The position numbers and the translations under genes are program-made. Shown here piece after piece: positions 1 through 10,988 of a DNA stretch of 64,000 nt. Source of the DNA: an uncultured delta proteobacterium. GTDB taxonomy: Bacteria; Desulfobacterota; Binatia; Binatales; Binataceae. The DNA lies in contig CAVRVY010000004.1 in assembly GCA_963724765.1 (NCBI GenBank), positions 1,376,001 through 1,440,000 on the forward strand. The letters run 5' to 3'. The notes beneath the pieces were generated by a model, which worked only from the letters and a program-made list of their open reading frames with translations, was not told the origin of the DNA and did no database searches. Position 1 is the first letter of the stretch, and each line of letters opens with the position of its first letter.

Positions 1-1
1 G

Positions 2-478
2 CTGCCTACTACGCGGGTGGTGCGCCAGTCCTCGATCTACGAGACCGAGCCGGTAGGCGACATCAAGGGCGCGTTCATCAACGGCGTGGTCGAGGTCGAG
101 ACCGAGCTTGCGCCCGACGCCATGATGCGCCGCTTGCTCGCAATCGAACGGGTGATGGGACGCAAGCGGGTGCGCGGCAAGAAGCCCGCTTCGAGCCGCG
201 CCAAGTACCGGCCGCGCATCATCGACCTTGACTTGCTTTTCTTCGACAACGAGATTATCGACACCCGAACGCTCAAGGTGCCGCATCCGCGGCTGCACGA
301 GAGGCGTTTCGTGCTGGCGCCGATGAGCGAGCTTGCGCCCGCGCTGATCCATCCGAAGCTCAACGCTTCGATTTCGGAATTGCTCGCCGCGCTCAAATCA
401 GCGCACCGGGTTACGCTGGCGCGGGCGGACCTTCTAAGGGCGCCGTCCGCCGCAGGAGGAGGAGTGGCTTCGCGATGA
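2..478 (+). CDS. folK: 2-amino-4-hydroxy-6-hydroxymethyldihydropteridine diphosphokinase (5' partial)
   Basis: [25 protein letters not shown] and [15 protein letters not shown] motifs; frame open from window start. Confidence 0.93.
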   Translation: MPTTRVVRQSSIYETEPVGDIKGAFINGVVEVETELAPDAMMRRLLAIERVMGRKRVRGKKPASSRAKYRPRIIDLDLLFFDNEIIDTRTLKVPHPRLHERRFVLAPMSELAPALIHPKLNASISELLAALKSAHRVTLARADLLRAPSAAGGGVASR

Positions 479-1125
479 AGTTTTTTATCGACACGGCCGA
501 TGTCAACGAGATTCGCGAGGCCGCGACCTGGGGCCTGGTCGACGGCGTCACCACCAATCCGAGCCTGATTGCGAAGACCGGGCGCCCGTACGCCGACGTC
601 CTGCGCGAGATTTGCGAGGTCGTGGACGGACCGGTGAGCGCCGAGGTCGTATCCACCGAGGCCCCGGCGATGCTCGAGGAGGGCGAGCGCCTGGCCCACC
701 TGCATCCCAACATCGTGGTCAAATGCCCGCTCATCATCGAGGGATTGAAGGCCACGCGCGCGCTCAGCAACCGCGGCATCAAGGTCAACGTGACGCTGGT
801 GTTCAGTCCGCTGCAAGGGCTGGCGGCGGCCAAGTGCGGCGCAACCTATCTTTCGCCCTTCGTCGGGCGCCTCGACGATATCGGCCACGACGGCATCGCG
901 ATGGTCGATCAGCTCGTGCGCATCCTGCGCAATTACGGCTACCCGACGCAGGTGCTGGTGGCCTCGATTCGTACCCCCGTTCATCTGTTGCGGGCGGCCG
1001 AGATGGGCGCGCACGTCGCGACGCTGCCGTTCGCCGTAATGAAGCAGATACTGCATCATCCACTGACCGACATGGGACTGGAGAAGTTTCTCGCCGACTG
1101 GCGCGCGACCAAGCAGAAGATCTGA
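475..1125 (+). CDS. tal: transaldolase / fructose-6-phosphate aldolase family (short type)
   Basis: [38 protein letters not shown] motifs; SD GGAGGAG; ATGA overlap with folK. Confidence 0.9.
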   Translation: MKFFIDTADVNEIREAATWGLVDGVTTNPSLIAKTGRPYADVLREICEVVDGPVSAEVVSTEAPAMLEEGERLAHLHPNIVVKCPLIIEGLKATRALSNRGIKVNVTLVFSPLQGLAAAKCGATYLSPFVGRLDDIGHDGIAMVDQLVRILRNYGYPTQVLVASIRTPVHLLRAAEMGAHVATLPFAVMKQILHHPLTDMGLEKFLADWRATKQKI

Positions 1126-1179
1126 TCGCACCGCGGTTGTGCGACGCTCGCCATTAGCTGCGCAATCCGCGAATCCGCA

Positions 1180-1251
1180 CCTAAGGTCTTTGGCTTGAGC
1201 TTCTGTTGTAGGGGCCGTTCGTGAACGGCGGCAGCCTTCGCTCAGGATGAC
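1180..1251. repeat. degenerate REP-like palindromic element(s) between convergent genes
   Basis: GTAGGG-GCCGTTC-GT-GAACGGC palindrome (1208-1229) next to CCTTCGCTCAGGATGAC (1235-1251); both resemble common extragenic repeat ends. Confidence 0.45.
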
Positions 1252-1286
1252 CCCGAAGGAGCCAAAAGCGGAATCCGAGCCGGGAA

Positions 1287-1961
1287 CTACACCATCTCGA
1301 TTCCGCCCCACAGGAACGCGAGCGAGATCGCGCCGTTGCGCGAGTTGACGTTGTGCGTACAGCCGTTGGGCCGGATGCTCATGTTGCCGCTCGCGACTTC
1401 GCCGCTCTCGTCGGCATGCGAGCCCTCGACCATGTAAAGCAATTCCTCGCCGGTGTGGCGATGGCGCGGCAGCGCGGCACCGGGCTCGAACAGCGCCAGT
1501 ATGGCGCGGCGATTGGTCGCCTTGTCCTCCCAGATGAGTTTCTGGCGCACCCCGGGCAGCGTGTCGCGCCAGGGAATCTCGCTGACCGCGAAAATCAACG
1601 AGCGCGGCGCATTGCCCGGTTCCTTGGCCGGCTCGACCCCGCCGGTGACCACGGCCAGCACCGTCGCTCCATTCCTGCTGCTCACATTGTGCACGCAGCC
1701 GTTTGGCCTGTAGCCCATGTTGCCCGCGCTGACGGTGCCGGATTCGTCCGCGATCGCGCCCTCGATCACGTACAGAATTTCATCGCCGGCGTGACGATGC
1801 GTCGGCAGGCTCGCGCCGGGCTCGAAGCGGCTCAGCAGAGCCCGCCGCTGGGTTACCGGATCGGACCATAGCGCCTTCTGACGTATGCCCGGCAGCGTCT
1901 CGTGCCGCTTCCACTCGATGTCGGGGACCGCGATGATTCGTGAAGGTGGGTTTTCGGCCAT
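1287..1961 (-). CDS. tandem ChrR-like cupin (cupin_7) domain protein
   Basis: Two internally repeated halves, each with FEPGAxLPxHRHxGxE and RPNGCxHNV. Confidence 0.8.
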   Translation of the reverse strand: MAENPPSRIIAVPDIEWKRHETLPGIRQKALWSDPVTQRRALLSRFEPGASLPTHRHAGDEILYVIEGAIADESGTVSAGNMGYRPNGCVHNVSSRNGATVLAVVTGGVEPAKEPGNAPRSLIFAVSEIPWRDTLPGVRQKLIWEDKATNRRAILALFEPGAALPRHRHTGEELLYMVEGSHADESGEVASGNMSIRPNGCTHNVNSRNGAISLAFLWGGIEMV

Positions 1962-2041
1962 GGCAGCATCCCTCCGCGCCGTGGGCTCGTGCGCGCGCCG
2001 CGGCTTGAGGGGCGCGCCGGTTTTTGTTCAGATCTCTTTGC

Positions 2042-3313
2042 TTACGACGCCTGGGTCTGCGGCGCGGCCGTAAGCGCCCGATCGCGCACCAGCACGCCCT
2101 CGGAATATAGCGCCCGGATCCGGTCCTCCGACATTCCGAGCACCTCGTGCAGCACGCGCTCGTTGTCCTCGCCGAGCAGCGCCGCGCGCAGATCGAGCTT
2201 GTCCGGCCATGCCGAAAACTTGACCGGGACGCCCGGGACGTCGAGTTCGCCGAGGAAACGGTCCTTCACCCGGCGCACAGTGTTGCGCGCGCGCAGGTGC
2301 GGATGCTCCATCGCTTCGTTGAGCGAGAGCACTGGCGCACAGGCTACGCGTTCCTTGTCGAGCGCGGCCAGCGCTTCCTCGCGCGTCGGAAAGCCGCCAA
2401 GCCACTGCTCGATGATTTCCTTGAGCGCCTCATTGTTGTCGCGCCGTCCGCGGGCGCTGCGAAAGCGGGGGTCGCTCGCCAGTTCCGGCTTGCCCATCGC
2501 ACGCACCATTTGCGGCCACTGATGCGGCATCACGGCCAAAAAAACGTAGTGGTTGCCCTGGTAGCGGAAAATTCCGGTGGGACCGCCGCCCGGATGCTGC
2601 GAGCCGCTGCGGGTGGGACGGTATTTGCTGCCGCGCAGCGAGACCATCGGCACGTTGGCCTCGTGCATGTGGAAGTAGGTGTCGAGGATCGAGGCGTCCA
2701 TGTACTGGCCCTCGCCAGTGCGCTCGCGATGCAGCAGCGCAAAGCCAATCGCCATCGCCGCCGACATCCCGGTCGACACGTCCCCGATCGCCATCGTGAC
2801 GATCGCGGGGGGCCGGTCGGCCTCGCCGATGCCGTCGGTTATCGCGGCATAGGCCTGTCCCATGTAGTCGTAGCCGACCTTGTAGGCGAGCGGGCCGCTC
2901 TGCCCAAGGGCGGAAATCGAGCACATGATGATCTTCGGATTGCGCGCGCGCAGCTCGTCGTATCCGAAACCCATCTTCTTGATGATCCCGGGGGCGTAGT
3001 TTTCCACCACTACGTCGATTTTCGGAATCATCGAATAAATTAGCTCGCGCGCGCCGGGCTTGTTGATGTCGACCGCGAGGCTGAGCTTGCTGTGGTTGTG
3101 CTGGAAGTAATAGCTGCTCTGGCTGGAGTCCTTGTACTCGGGTGAAAGCGGCTTGAGCCCGGCGGCGCGCACGCGATCGCCGGACGGCGCGAGTTCCACT
3201 TTGATGACCTCGGCGCCCATCTCGGCCAGCACGCGCGTGCAGGTCGGCCCGGCAACGAACTGGGTAAAGTCAAGGACTCGATAGCCTTGGAGCATCCGCG
3301 GTTTATCGGGCAT
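2042..3313 (-). CDS. family III CoA-transferase (CaiB/BaiF)
   Basis: RVLDFTQFVAGP, GAEVIKVE, DVVVENYAPG, GYD motifs; start moved to ATG 3313, which follows SD GGAGGT. Confidence 0.9.
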   Translation of the reverse strand: MPDKPRMLQGYRVLDFTQFVAGPTCTRVLAEMGAEVIKVELAPSGDRVRAAGLKPLSPEYKDSSQSSYYFQHNHSKLSLAVDINKPGARELIYSMIPKIDVVVENYAPGIIKKMGFGYDELRARNPKIIMCSISALGQSGPLAYKVGYDYMGQAYAAITDGIGEADRPPAIVTMAIGDVSTGMSAAMAIGFALLHRERTGEGQYMDASILDTYFHMHEANVPMVSLRGSKYRPTRSGSQHPGGGPTGIFRYQGNHYVFLAVMPHQWPQMVRAMGKPELASDPRFRSARGRRDNNEALKEIIEQWLGGFPTREEALAALDKERVACAPVLSLNEAMEHPHLRARNTVRRVKDRFLGELDVPGVPVKFSAWPDKLDLRAALLGEDNERVLHEVLGMSEDRIRALYSEGVLVRDRALTAAPQTQAS

Positions 3314-3584
3314 GGTTTCAAACCTCCGTGCGTGCGCGGCCGACTGCATACGTTCGGGCTTGGCGCCGGTTACGCCACACTACAAAAAGCCGGGTGGGCT
3401 GTAAAACCGCTCGCGGCGAGCCGTTTTGCGATCAACGCCAGGGTAATTTTTGCGATCTGTACTTTTTGGGGTGACGTGCGGCAAATCCGGGTTACCCGCT
3501 TTTCGCGCGTTGTGCGAAACCGTGCGATTCGCTGGCCTTCTTTCGCTGGCACCCTTGATGCTCCTTCGGGGGGTGAGGCGAACG

Positions 3585-3914
3585 ATGATGAGGAACAAAT
3601 CTTATCCTGCCAAAACTTATTCTGCCAAAATCTATCCTGCGTTGAAGGCATTGATTTTCGTGGCTGGAGCGGCGTTGTTACAGGCCTGCTTTTACGGCGG
3701 CGGGCATCCCTACTACGCGGAACCGGCGCCTTATGCCTATAGGCCGCCGTCCTCTTACGCTTACGCCGCGCCTCCTGCCTACGGCTACGCAGTGCCGCCG
3801 CGAGTCGGCGACTATGACGAGCATCATCAGTGGCACGATCGCAGCTGGTGGGTGCAGAACAACCGTCGGTGGGTGCAGCAACATCACCCGGACTGGATTG
3901 GACATGGTCGATAA
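3585..3914 (+). CDS. small lipoprotein with Tyr/Pro-rich linker and His/Trp-rich C-terminus
   Basis: SD GGGGTGAGG before ATG 3585; hydrophobic stretch ending in lipobox LQAC; C-terminal GDYDEHHQWHDRSWWVQNNRRWVQQHHPDW. Confidence 0.7.
   Translation: MMRNKSYPAKTYSAKIYPALKALIFVAGAALLQACFYGGGHPYYAEPAPYAYRPPSSYAYAAPPAYGYAVPPRVGDYDEHHQWHDRSWWVQNNRRWVQQHHPDWIGHGR
3597..3641 (+). repeat. 3 x 15-bp in-frame tandem repeat in signal-peptide N-region
   Basis: AAATCTTATCCTGCC / AAAACTTATTCTGCC / AAAATCTATCCTGCG, encoding KSYPA KTYSA KIYPA. Confidence 0.8.
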
Positions 3915-3999
3915 TGACCGCGACCGTCACTAACATGCGTTTGTGCGGTTAACCTGCTCGCGGCGCGCTTGCGCACGCAGCGGGATGAGATAGGGCAAG

Positions 4000-4046
4000 A
4001 AAAGCAGAGCCGAGCCGTATGTAGAAACGACTCCGCTCTGCTTTTT
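4000..4046 (+). terminator. intrinsic terminator, possibly bidirectional
   Basis: AAAAGCAGAGC...GCTCTGCTTTTT hairpin with T tail. Confidence 0.7.
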
Positions 4047-4081
4047 ACAGCACCACTCCATCAACCTGCACGAGCGGGCCG

Positions 4082-4101
4082 GCGGATTTTCTAAAATCCG
4101 C
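4082..4101. promoter_or_regulatory. perfect 9-bp inverted repeat upstream of grpE, candidate operator
   Basis: GCGGATTTT-CT-AAAATCCGC. Confidence 0.4.
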
Positions 4102-4205
4102 TCTCAAGGTCTGGCATCGTCCGAAATAGTGCTTATGTTTGTTGGGTAGGTATCACCGAGATTTAACACTTCTTCGGCACTTGCGCATTTCCGCAGTTAC
4201 GTCAG

Positions 4206-4883
4206 ATGAGCAAACACAAAGACGAAAAACATCGCCACCAAGAGCCAGCAGCCGAATGGAGCCTGGGCCACGATGAGCGCAGGCCCGCGACCGACGATCC
4301 GGCACAGAGCCCAATCGAACTTAGCCCCGACGACCTGGCCGGGCCGCAGTCCTCAGACGCGGCCGCGCTTCACGAGCAACTCGCCAGCAAAGACAAGGAA
4401 ATCGCCGACCTTAAGGACAAGTACCTGCGCGCCCTGGCTGACACCGACAATATCCGCAAGCGGATGCGTCAGCAGAGCGAGGACACTGTGCGCCTGCAGC
4501 GCGAGAATCTGCTGCGCGACCTGCTGCCGATAACCGATAACCTCGAACGCGCGGTCGAGGCAGCGCGCGGCGGCGGCGATGGCAAGCCGATCGTCGAAGG
4601 GGTCGAGATGGTGCTGCGCTCGCTGCTCGACCTGCTGCGCACCAACGGTGTGATTCCGCGGGAATCGGTGGGCCGGCCGTTCGATCCGCAGTTTCACGAG
4701 GCCGTCGACCACGTCGAGAGCGGCGCGCATCCGCCCAACACGGTCATCAGCGAGTTTCATCGCGGCTACCAGGTCGGCGAGCGCGTGCTGCGCCCGGCGC
4801 GAGTGGCGGTCGCCAAGGCGCCGTCGCGCGACGGCCCGTCGCAAAAGAACGGTGAAGACGGCGGTGGCGTTGACAACAGTTAG
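4206..4883 (+). CDS. grpE: nucleotide exchange factor GrpE
   Basis: YLRALADTDNIRKR, LLPITDNLERA, FDPQFHEA, RGYQVGERVLRPARVAV; upstream of dnaK. Confidence 0.96.
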   Translation: MSKHKDEKHRHQEPAAEWSLGHDERRPATDDPAQSPIELSPDDLAGPQSSDAAALHEQLASKDKEIADLKDKYLRALADTDNIRKRMRQQSEDTVRLQRENLLRDLLPITDNLERAVEAARGGGDGKPIVEGVEMVLRSLLDLLRTNGVIPRESVGRPFDPQFHEAVDHVESGAHPPNTVISEFHRGYQVGERVLRPARVAVAKAPSRDGPSQKNGEDGGGVDNS

Positions 4884-4915
4884 ACGGTCAAACAGTTAGA
4901 TCGTTGAAAACGTCA

Positions 4916-4930
4916 AAATAATGATTATTT
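4916..4930. promoter_or_regulatory. 7-1-7 AT-rich palindrome resembling a Fur/PerR box upstream of dnaK
   Basis: AAATAAT-G-ATTATTT shares the ATAAT-N-ATTAT core with Fur/Per boxes. Confidence 0.35.
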
Positions 4931-4956
4931 GGAAAAGTTAGAGGCTTCTTAAAGAC

Positions 4957-6897
<1,941 letters not shown>

Positions 6898-6926
6898 GCG
6901 GCGGCTTCATTACAGTGGCAAAGCTA

Positions 6927-6976
6927 CGGACCCCGGTGCCAGCCTGTGCAACAGAGCGCCGGGGTCCGCTTACTTT
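6927..6976 (+). terminator. strong hairpin between dnaK and dnaJ (terminator/attenuator or stability element)
   Basis: CGGACCCCGGTGC...GCGCCGGGGTCCG followed by CTTACTTT. Confidence 0.55.
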
Positions 6977-7005
6977 CAGCGGCGGTGTAGTCTAGAATTG
7001 CGCTA

Positions 7006-8136
7006 ATGCCCTCCCAGGCCAAAAAACGCGACTATTACGAGATCCTTGGAGTCGACCGCGGCGTCGGCGAGGAGGATCTCAAGAAAGCCTACCGCCGCCT
7101 CGCGATCCAGTCTCATCCCGACCGCAATCCCGGCGACAAACAAGCAGAGGAGCGCTTCAAGGAACTCAACGAAGCCTACCAGGTGCTGTCCGACGCGGAG
7201 CGTCGCGCGCAGTATGACCGTTACGGACACGCCGCCTTCCAGGGACCGCAGGGCAACGGCTTCGGTTTCGAGTTCACCCAGGGTTTCGAGGAAGTCTTCT
7301 CGGATATTTTCGGCGACTTCTTCGGCACCGGACGCGGACGCACCCGCTCGCGCTCGCGGCGCGGCGACGACCTGCGCTACGATCTCGAAATCGGATTCGA
7401 GGAAGCCGCGCGCGGTGCCGAGAAAGTGATCAGGTTCCAGCGCCTGGCGACCTGCGACGCCTGCTCCGGAAGCCGGGCGCGCGGCGGCGCCGAGGGCGCT
7501 CGCACCTGCCCCAACTGCCGCGGCACCGGACAGGTTCGCACCCAACAGGGCTTCTTTTCCATCGCCACCACCTGCGGCCAATGCCGCGGCGAGGGTACGA
7601 TCATCGCCGACCCCTGCCCCAAGTGCCAGGGCCAGGGACGCACCCGCCGTCCGGAGTCGTTGTCGGTAAGGATTCCGCCCGGCGTCGACAACGGGTCGCG
7701 CCTGAAGCTGCGCGGCGAGGGCGAGGCCGGATGGGGCGGCGGACCGTCGGGCGACCTCTACGTGGTAGTCCACGTCAAGGAGCACGACCTCTTCGTACGC
7801 CAGGATAACGACGTAATTATCGAAATGCCGATGAGCTTTCCGCAGGCCGCGCTCGGCACCGAGGTCGAAGTGCCGACGCTCGACGGTAAGGTCAAACTGA
7901 AGATCCAGGCGGGCACGCAATCGGGCAAGGTGTTCCGGCTCAAAGGCAAAGGCTTTCCCGATCTCCACGGCTATGGACGCGGCGACCAGCTCGTGCGGGT
8001 GGTGGTCGAGACTCCGCGGCGGCTGACCGCGCGCCAGCGCGAGCTGCTCGAGGAGTTCGCGGGCATCGACGGCGAGGCCATCAACCATCCGCTCTCCAAG
8101 GGCTTCGTGGATAAGCTCAAAGAGATGTTCGGCTAG
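7006..8136 (+). CDS. dnaJ: molecular chaperone DnaJ
   Basis: J domain with HPD, G/F region, four CxxCxGxG-type zinc-finger repeats. Confidence 0.98.
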   Translation: MPSQAKKRDYYEILGVDRGVGEEDLKKAYRRLAIQSHPDRNPGDKQAEERFKELNEAYQVLSDAERRAQYDRYGHAAFQGPQGNGFGFEFTQGFEEVFSDIFGDFFGTGRGRTRSRSRRGDDLRYDLEIGFEEAARGAEKVIRFQRLATCDACSGSRARGGAEGARTCPNCRGTGQVRTQQGFFSIATTCGQCRGEGTIIADPCPKCQGQGRTRRPESLSVRIPPGVDNGSRLKLRGEGEAGWGGGPSGDLYVVVHVKEHDLFVRQDNDVIIEMPMSFPQAALGTEVEVPTLDGKVKLKIQAGTQSGKVFRLKGKGFPDLHGYGRGDQLVRVVVETPRRLTARQRELLEEFAGIDGEAINHPLSKGFVDKLKEMFG

Positions 8137-8185
8137 CACGACCGGACTGTCGCTCCGGACGTTTCGCACAGCACTCTTACGACCA

Positions 8186-9175
8186 TCAAGCTGACCGGTC
8201 TCGCAATGAGCGGCCCAGGCGCTCCCATAGCGCGCGGCGCATCACGCCCGGCGGCGGCGCCACGCCGTTGAAAAGCTCGAATGCGAGTTCACCTTGATTC
8301 ACTAACATCCCGGCTCCGTCGGCCGCTCGCCGTCCAAGCGCACTCGCGGGCCGCAAAAAAGCCGTCGGTTGCGCCGCATAGATAAGATCGTAGAAGAAGC
8401 ATTCGCGAGAAGTGCGCGCGTAGTCGATTCGTGCAAAGCGCGCCTGCGTGAGCCCCATCGGCGTCGCGTTGATCACGATAGCGGCGCGCTCTAGCAGCGA
8501 CGTGTCGGCCAGCGCGTCGAGTCCGCGCACGGAAAACGCCGCGCTGCCAAGCGTGCGCGGGAGCCGTGCGCGCAGACGGCGCGTCAGCGCGGTGGCGCGC
8601 GCCGGCGTGCGATTGGCGATCGCAACCTCGCCCGCACCGCAGCGCAGGCAAGCTACAACCGCCGAGGCGGCCGCGCCGCCCGCGCCGATCACGATCGCGG
8701 TCGCGCCCTTAAGCGCGATACTCAAGCTGTTGAGGTCGCGCTCGAGGCCGCGCGCGTCGGTGTTGTCGCCGTAGAGACCCGCGGGACGGTTCACGATGCA
8801 ATTGATCGCGCCTAGCATCTGCGCCTCGGCGCTCAGCTTCGCGACCATCCTGAGCGCCCGCTCTTTGTGCGGCACGGTCAGGTTAACGCCCAGGATCTCC
8901 AGTGCTGGAAGCGCGTGCAGCGCCGCCGCGAGCATCGGGGGCGTGACGTGAAACGCCGCGTACACGCGATCCAGACCGAGCGCGGTATACGCCGCGTTAT
9001 GCATTGCGGGCGAGAGCGAATGCTCGACCGGATCTCCGAAGACGGCGGTGAGGCGGGTCGCGCCGCCAAGCGGCGCGACCCGCCTCACCGCCACCGTATC
9101 CGTCGCAGGTGCGCGCGTTGCGGCGCCTCCTGCTGCGGCGCGCGTCGCCCCGCGCCGGCGGCGGCGCTCAGCCAC
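8186..9175 (-). CDS. aroE: shikimate dehydrogenase
   Basis: HSLSPAMHN, NLTVPHK, GDNTD, IGAGGAA, NATPMG, DLIY, GMLVNQG; exact start uncertain. Confidence 0.93.
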   Translation of the reverse strand: MAERRRRRGATRAAAGGAATRAPATDTVAVRRVAPLGGATRLTAVFGDPVEHSLSPAMHNAAYTALGLDRVYAAFHVTPPMLAAALHALPALEILGVNLTVPHKERALRMVAKLSAEAQMLGAINCIVNRPAGLYGDNTDARGLERDLNSLSIALKGATAIVIGAGGAAASAVVACLRCGAGEVAIANRTPARATALTRRLRARLPRTLGSAAFSVRGLDALADTSLLERAAIVINATPMGLTQARFARIDYARTSRECFFYDLIYAAQPTAFLRPASALGRRAADGAGMLVNQGELAFELFNGVAPPPGVMRRALWERLGRSLRDRSA

Positions 9176-9743
9176 CGCCGATTCGTGCGCGCTCGGCGCG
9201 CACTTCCTCGGCGGTGAAGAGCCATCGATAGTCGAGGCCGGCGGCGGCGAAGGCCGCGGCCGCGCCTTCGCCGCGATCGACCAGCGCGAAAGCCTTTGTC
9301 ACCGTCGCGCCGGCCTCCTTGAGCGCGGCGGCGGCCTGCAGGCTCGAGCCGCCGGTGGTAATCGTGTCGTCGATCACTGCGGAGCGTAGCTCATTTCGGA
9401 ATGCGCCTTCGATCTGCTGCTGCAAGCCATGCGGCTTCATCTCCTTGCGCACGAAGAAGCCGCGCAATTTGGCATCATGATTGTGGGCCGCGGCGATCAG
9501 CGCGTCGGTGACCGGCAGCGCGCCGGCCGCCATCCCGCCGATCTGTTCGATTCCCTCGGCCAGCACCAGTTCGAGCATCAGCTCGCCGGCCAGATACGCG
9601 CCGCGCGGCAGGTAGAGCGTGCGTTTGCAATCGATGTAGTAGTGAGACGACCGCCCCGAGGCGAGCGTGAGCGCGGCGGAGCGCTCGAAGTAGGACTCGC
9701 GGGCAAGCAGGGTGAGCAGTTCGCTACGTTGGCTTTGATTCAT
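9168..9743 (-). CDS. pyrE: orotate phosphoribosyltransferase
   Basis: LASGRSSHYYIDCK, RKEMKPHG, PRPP motif VIDDTITTGGS; start placed at ATG 9743. Confidence 0.92.
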   Translation of the reverse strand: MNQSQRSELLTLLARESYFERSAALTLASGRSSHYYIDCKRTLYLPRGAYLAGELMLELVLAEGIEQIGGMAAGALPVTDALIAAAHNHDAKLRGFFVRKEMKPHGLQQQIEGAFRNELRSAVIDDTITTGGSSLQAAAALKEAGATVTKAFALVDRGEGAAAAFAAAGLDYRWLFTAEEVRAERARIGGG

Positions 9744-9860
9744 GGGGGTCTTGAGCGCGATTTTACCTGCCGGCGCGCCGCGCACAAGAGCCGCCGCGAT
9801 ACGCCGGTGCGCGCAGGCGACGCGTGCCACTGGAGCGGCGGCTTGGTATCATCGTCGACC

Positions 9861-10547
9861 ATGTTCTTCGCGCCATTTCTTTTTCTGTACGCGATAATTT
9901 TCTTTTTCGCACTCGCCCTGCTGTTCGGATTGCTCGAGCTCGGCGCGATCGACTACGCCTTCAACGCGCTGGGTCTGCCACCTCATGCGGCGTTCTGGGC
10001 GCTGATCATCAGTCTGCTCGGCAGTTACATCAACATTCCCATCTCGCGCATCGAGCACGGCGGCGAACCTTCCGCGCCCGACGTGGTCGGCTACTTCGGG
10101 ATGCGCTACCGGGTACCGGCACACCTTGCGGCGGGACGTTCGACAGTGGTGGCGATAAACGTGGGCGGCGCGATCGTGCCGCTATGCATCTGTGCGTGGA
10201 TATTCGCGGCCGACCCTGCAGTGTTCCTGCGGGCGGCCCTGGGAACCGCGATCGTGACCTTCATAGTGCATCGCGCGGCACGGCCGATCCCGGGGATGGG
10301 AATCGCCACGCCGATGTTCATCCCGCCGATCGTCGCCGCGCTCGTGGGAATGTTGTTAAGCGGCGGTGTTCCCCATCATGCCGACGCGATCGCGTATATC
10401 AGCGGGGTGATGGGAACGCTCATCGGCGCCGACCTGATGAACCTCGGACGATTGAGCGAGCTTGGCGCGCCGGTCGCGTCGATCGGGGGCGCCGGGACGT
10501 TCGACGGAATTTTTCTGACCGGGATTGTCGCAGTGCTGCTCGCGTAA
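9861..10547 (+). CDS. DUF1614 family membrane protein
   Basis: GSYINIP, AINVGGAIVP, GTLIGADL, SIGGAGTFDGIFLTG; start ATG 9861. Confidence 0.85.
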   Translation: MFFAPFLFLYAIIFFFALALLFGLLELGAIDYAFNALGLPPHAAFWALIISLLGSYINIPISRIEHGGEPSAPDVVGYFGMRYRVPAHLAAGRSTVVAINVGGAIVPLCICAWIFAADPAVFLRAALGTAIVTFIVHRAARPIPGMGIATPMFIPPIVAALVGMLLSGGVPHHADAIAYISGVMGTLIGADLMNLGRLSELGAPVASIGGAGTFDGIFLTGIVAVLLA

Positions 10548-10586
10548 AGATACCGCGCGCACTTCGCTCCGAAACCGCTCGCGCGT

Positions 10587-10988
10587 TCAGGCCGGCTTGA
10601 ACTTGACCAGCGTATGCTCGGGCGTCACGTCATCGAACTGCACCACCACCGGCATCCCGACCTTCACGCTCTCGGGCGCGGCGACGATATTGCTCGTCAT
10701 CCGCGGCCCCTCGTCGAGCTCGACGATCGCCAGCACGTAGGGTTGATCGGCGAACGAGCGGCTCGAGGCGCGGCGCACCACCGTGTAGCTGTAGACCTTG
10801 CCGCGGCCGCTGACGCGCTCCCACGAAAGGTGGTCCGAAAAACAGTGCGGACATCGTTCGCGCGGATAATAAATGTACGCCTTGCATGCGGCGCATCGCT
10901 GGAGGCTCAGTTCATGGCGTCGCGCCGCCTCCCAGAACGGGTGGCTGGTCGGCGTCGGCTTGGGCAGTGGTTTGTTATATTCGCTCAT
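10587..10988 (-). CDS. Zn-ribbon/OB-fold DUF35 (ChsH2-like) thiolase partner
   Basis: PFWEAA, CAAC..YPRERCPHC, GKVYSYTVV, VELDEGPRM; overlaps thiolase stop. Confidence 0.9.
   Translation of the reverse strand: MSEYNKPLPKPTPTSHPFWEAARRHELSLQRCAACKAYIYYPRERCPHCFSDHLSWERVSGRGKVYSYTVVRRASSRSFADQPYVLAIVELDEGPRMTSNIVAAPESVKVGMPVVVQFDDVTPEHTLVKFKPA

Noticed and set aside
4105-4190. CIRCE element or sigma54 promoter before grpE
   Set aside because: Only partial half-sites (TAGTGCTTA, TTAACACTT) with wrong spacing, and no GG-N10-GC match.
9429-9860. N-terminal extensions given by the ORF track (DUF1614, DUF35, bactofilin, SDR 43000-44262, ACADs)
   Set aside because: The extensions overlap neighbouring genes, and downstream starts with an SD or stop-start coupling fit family N-termini better.
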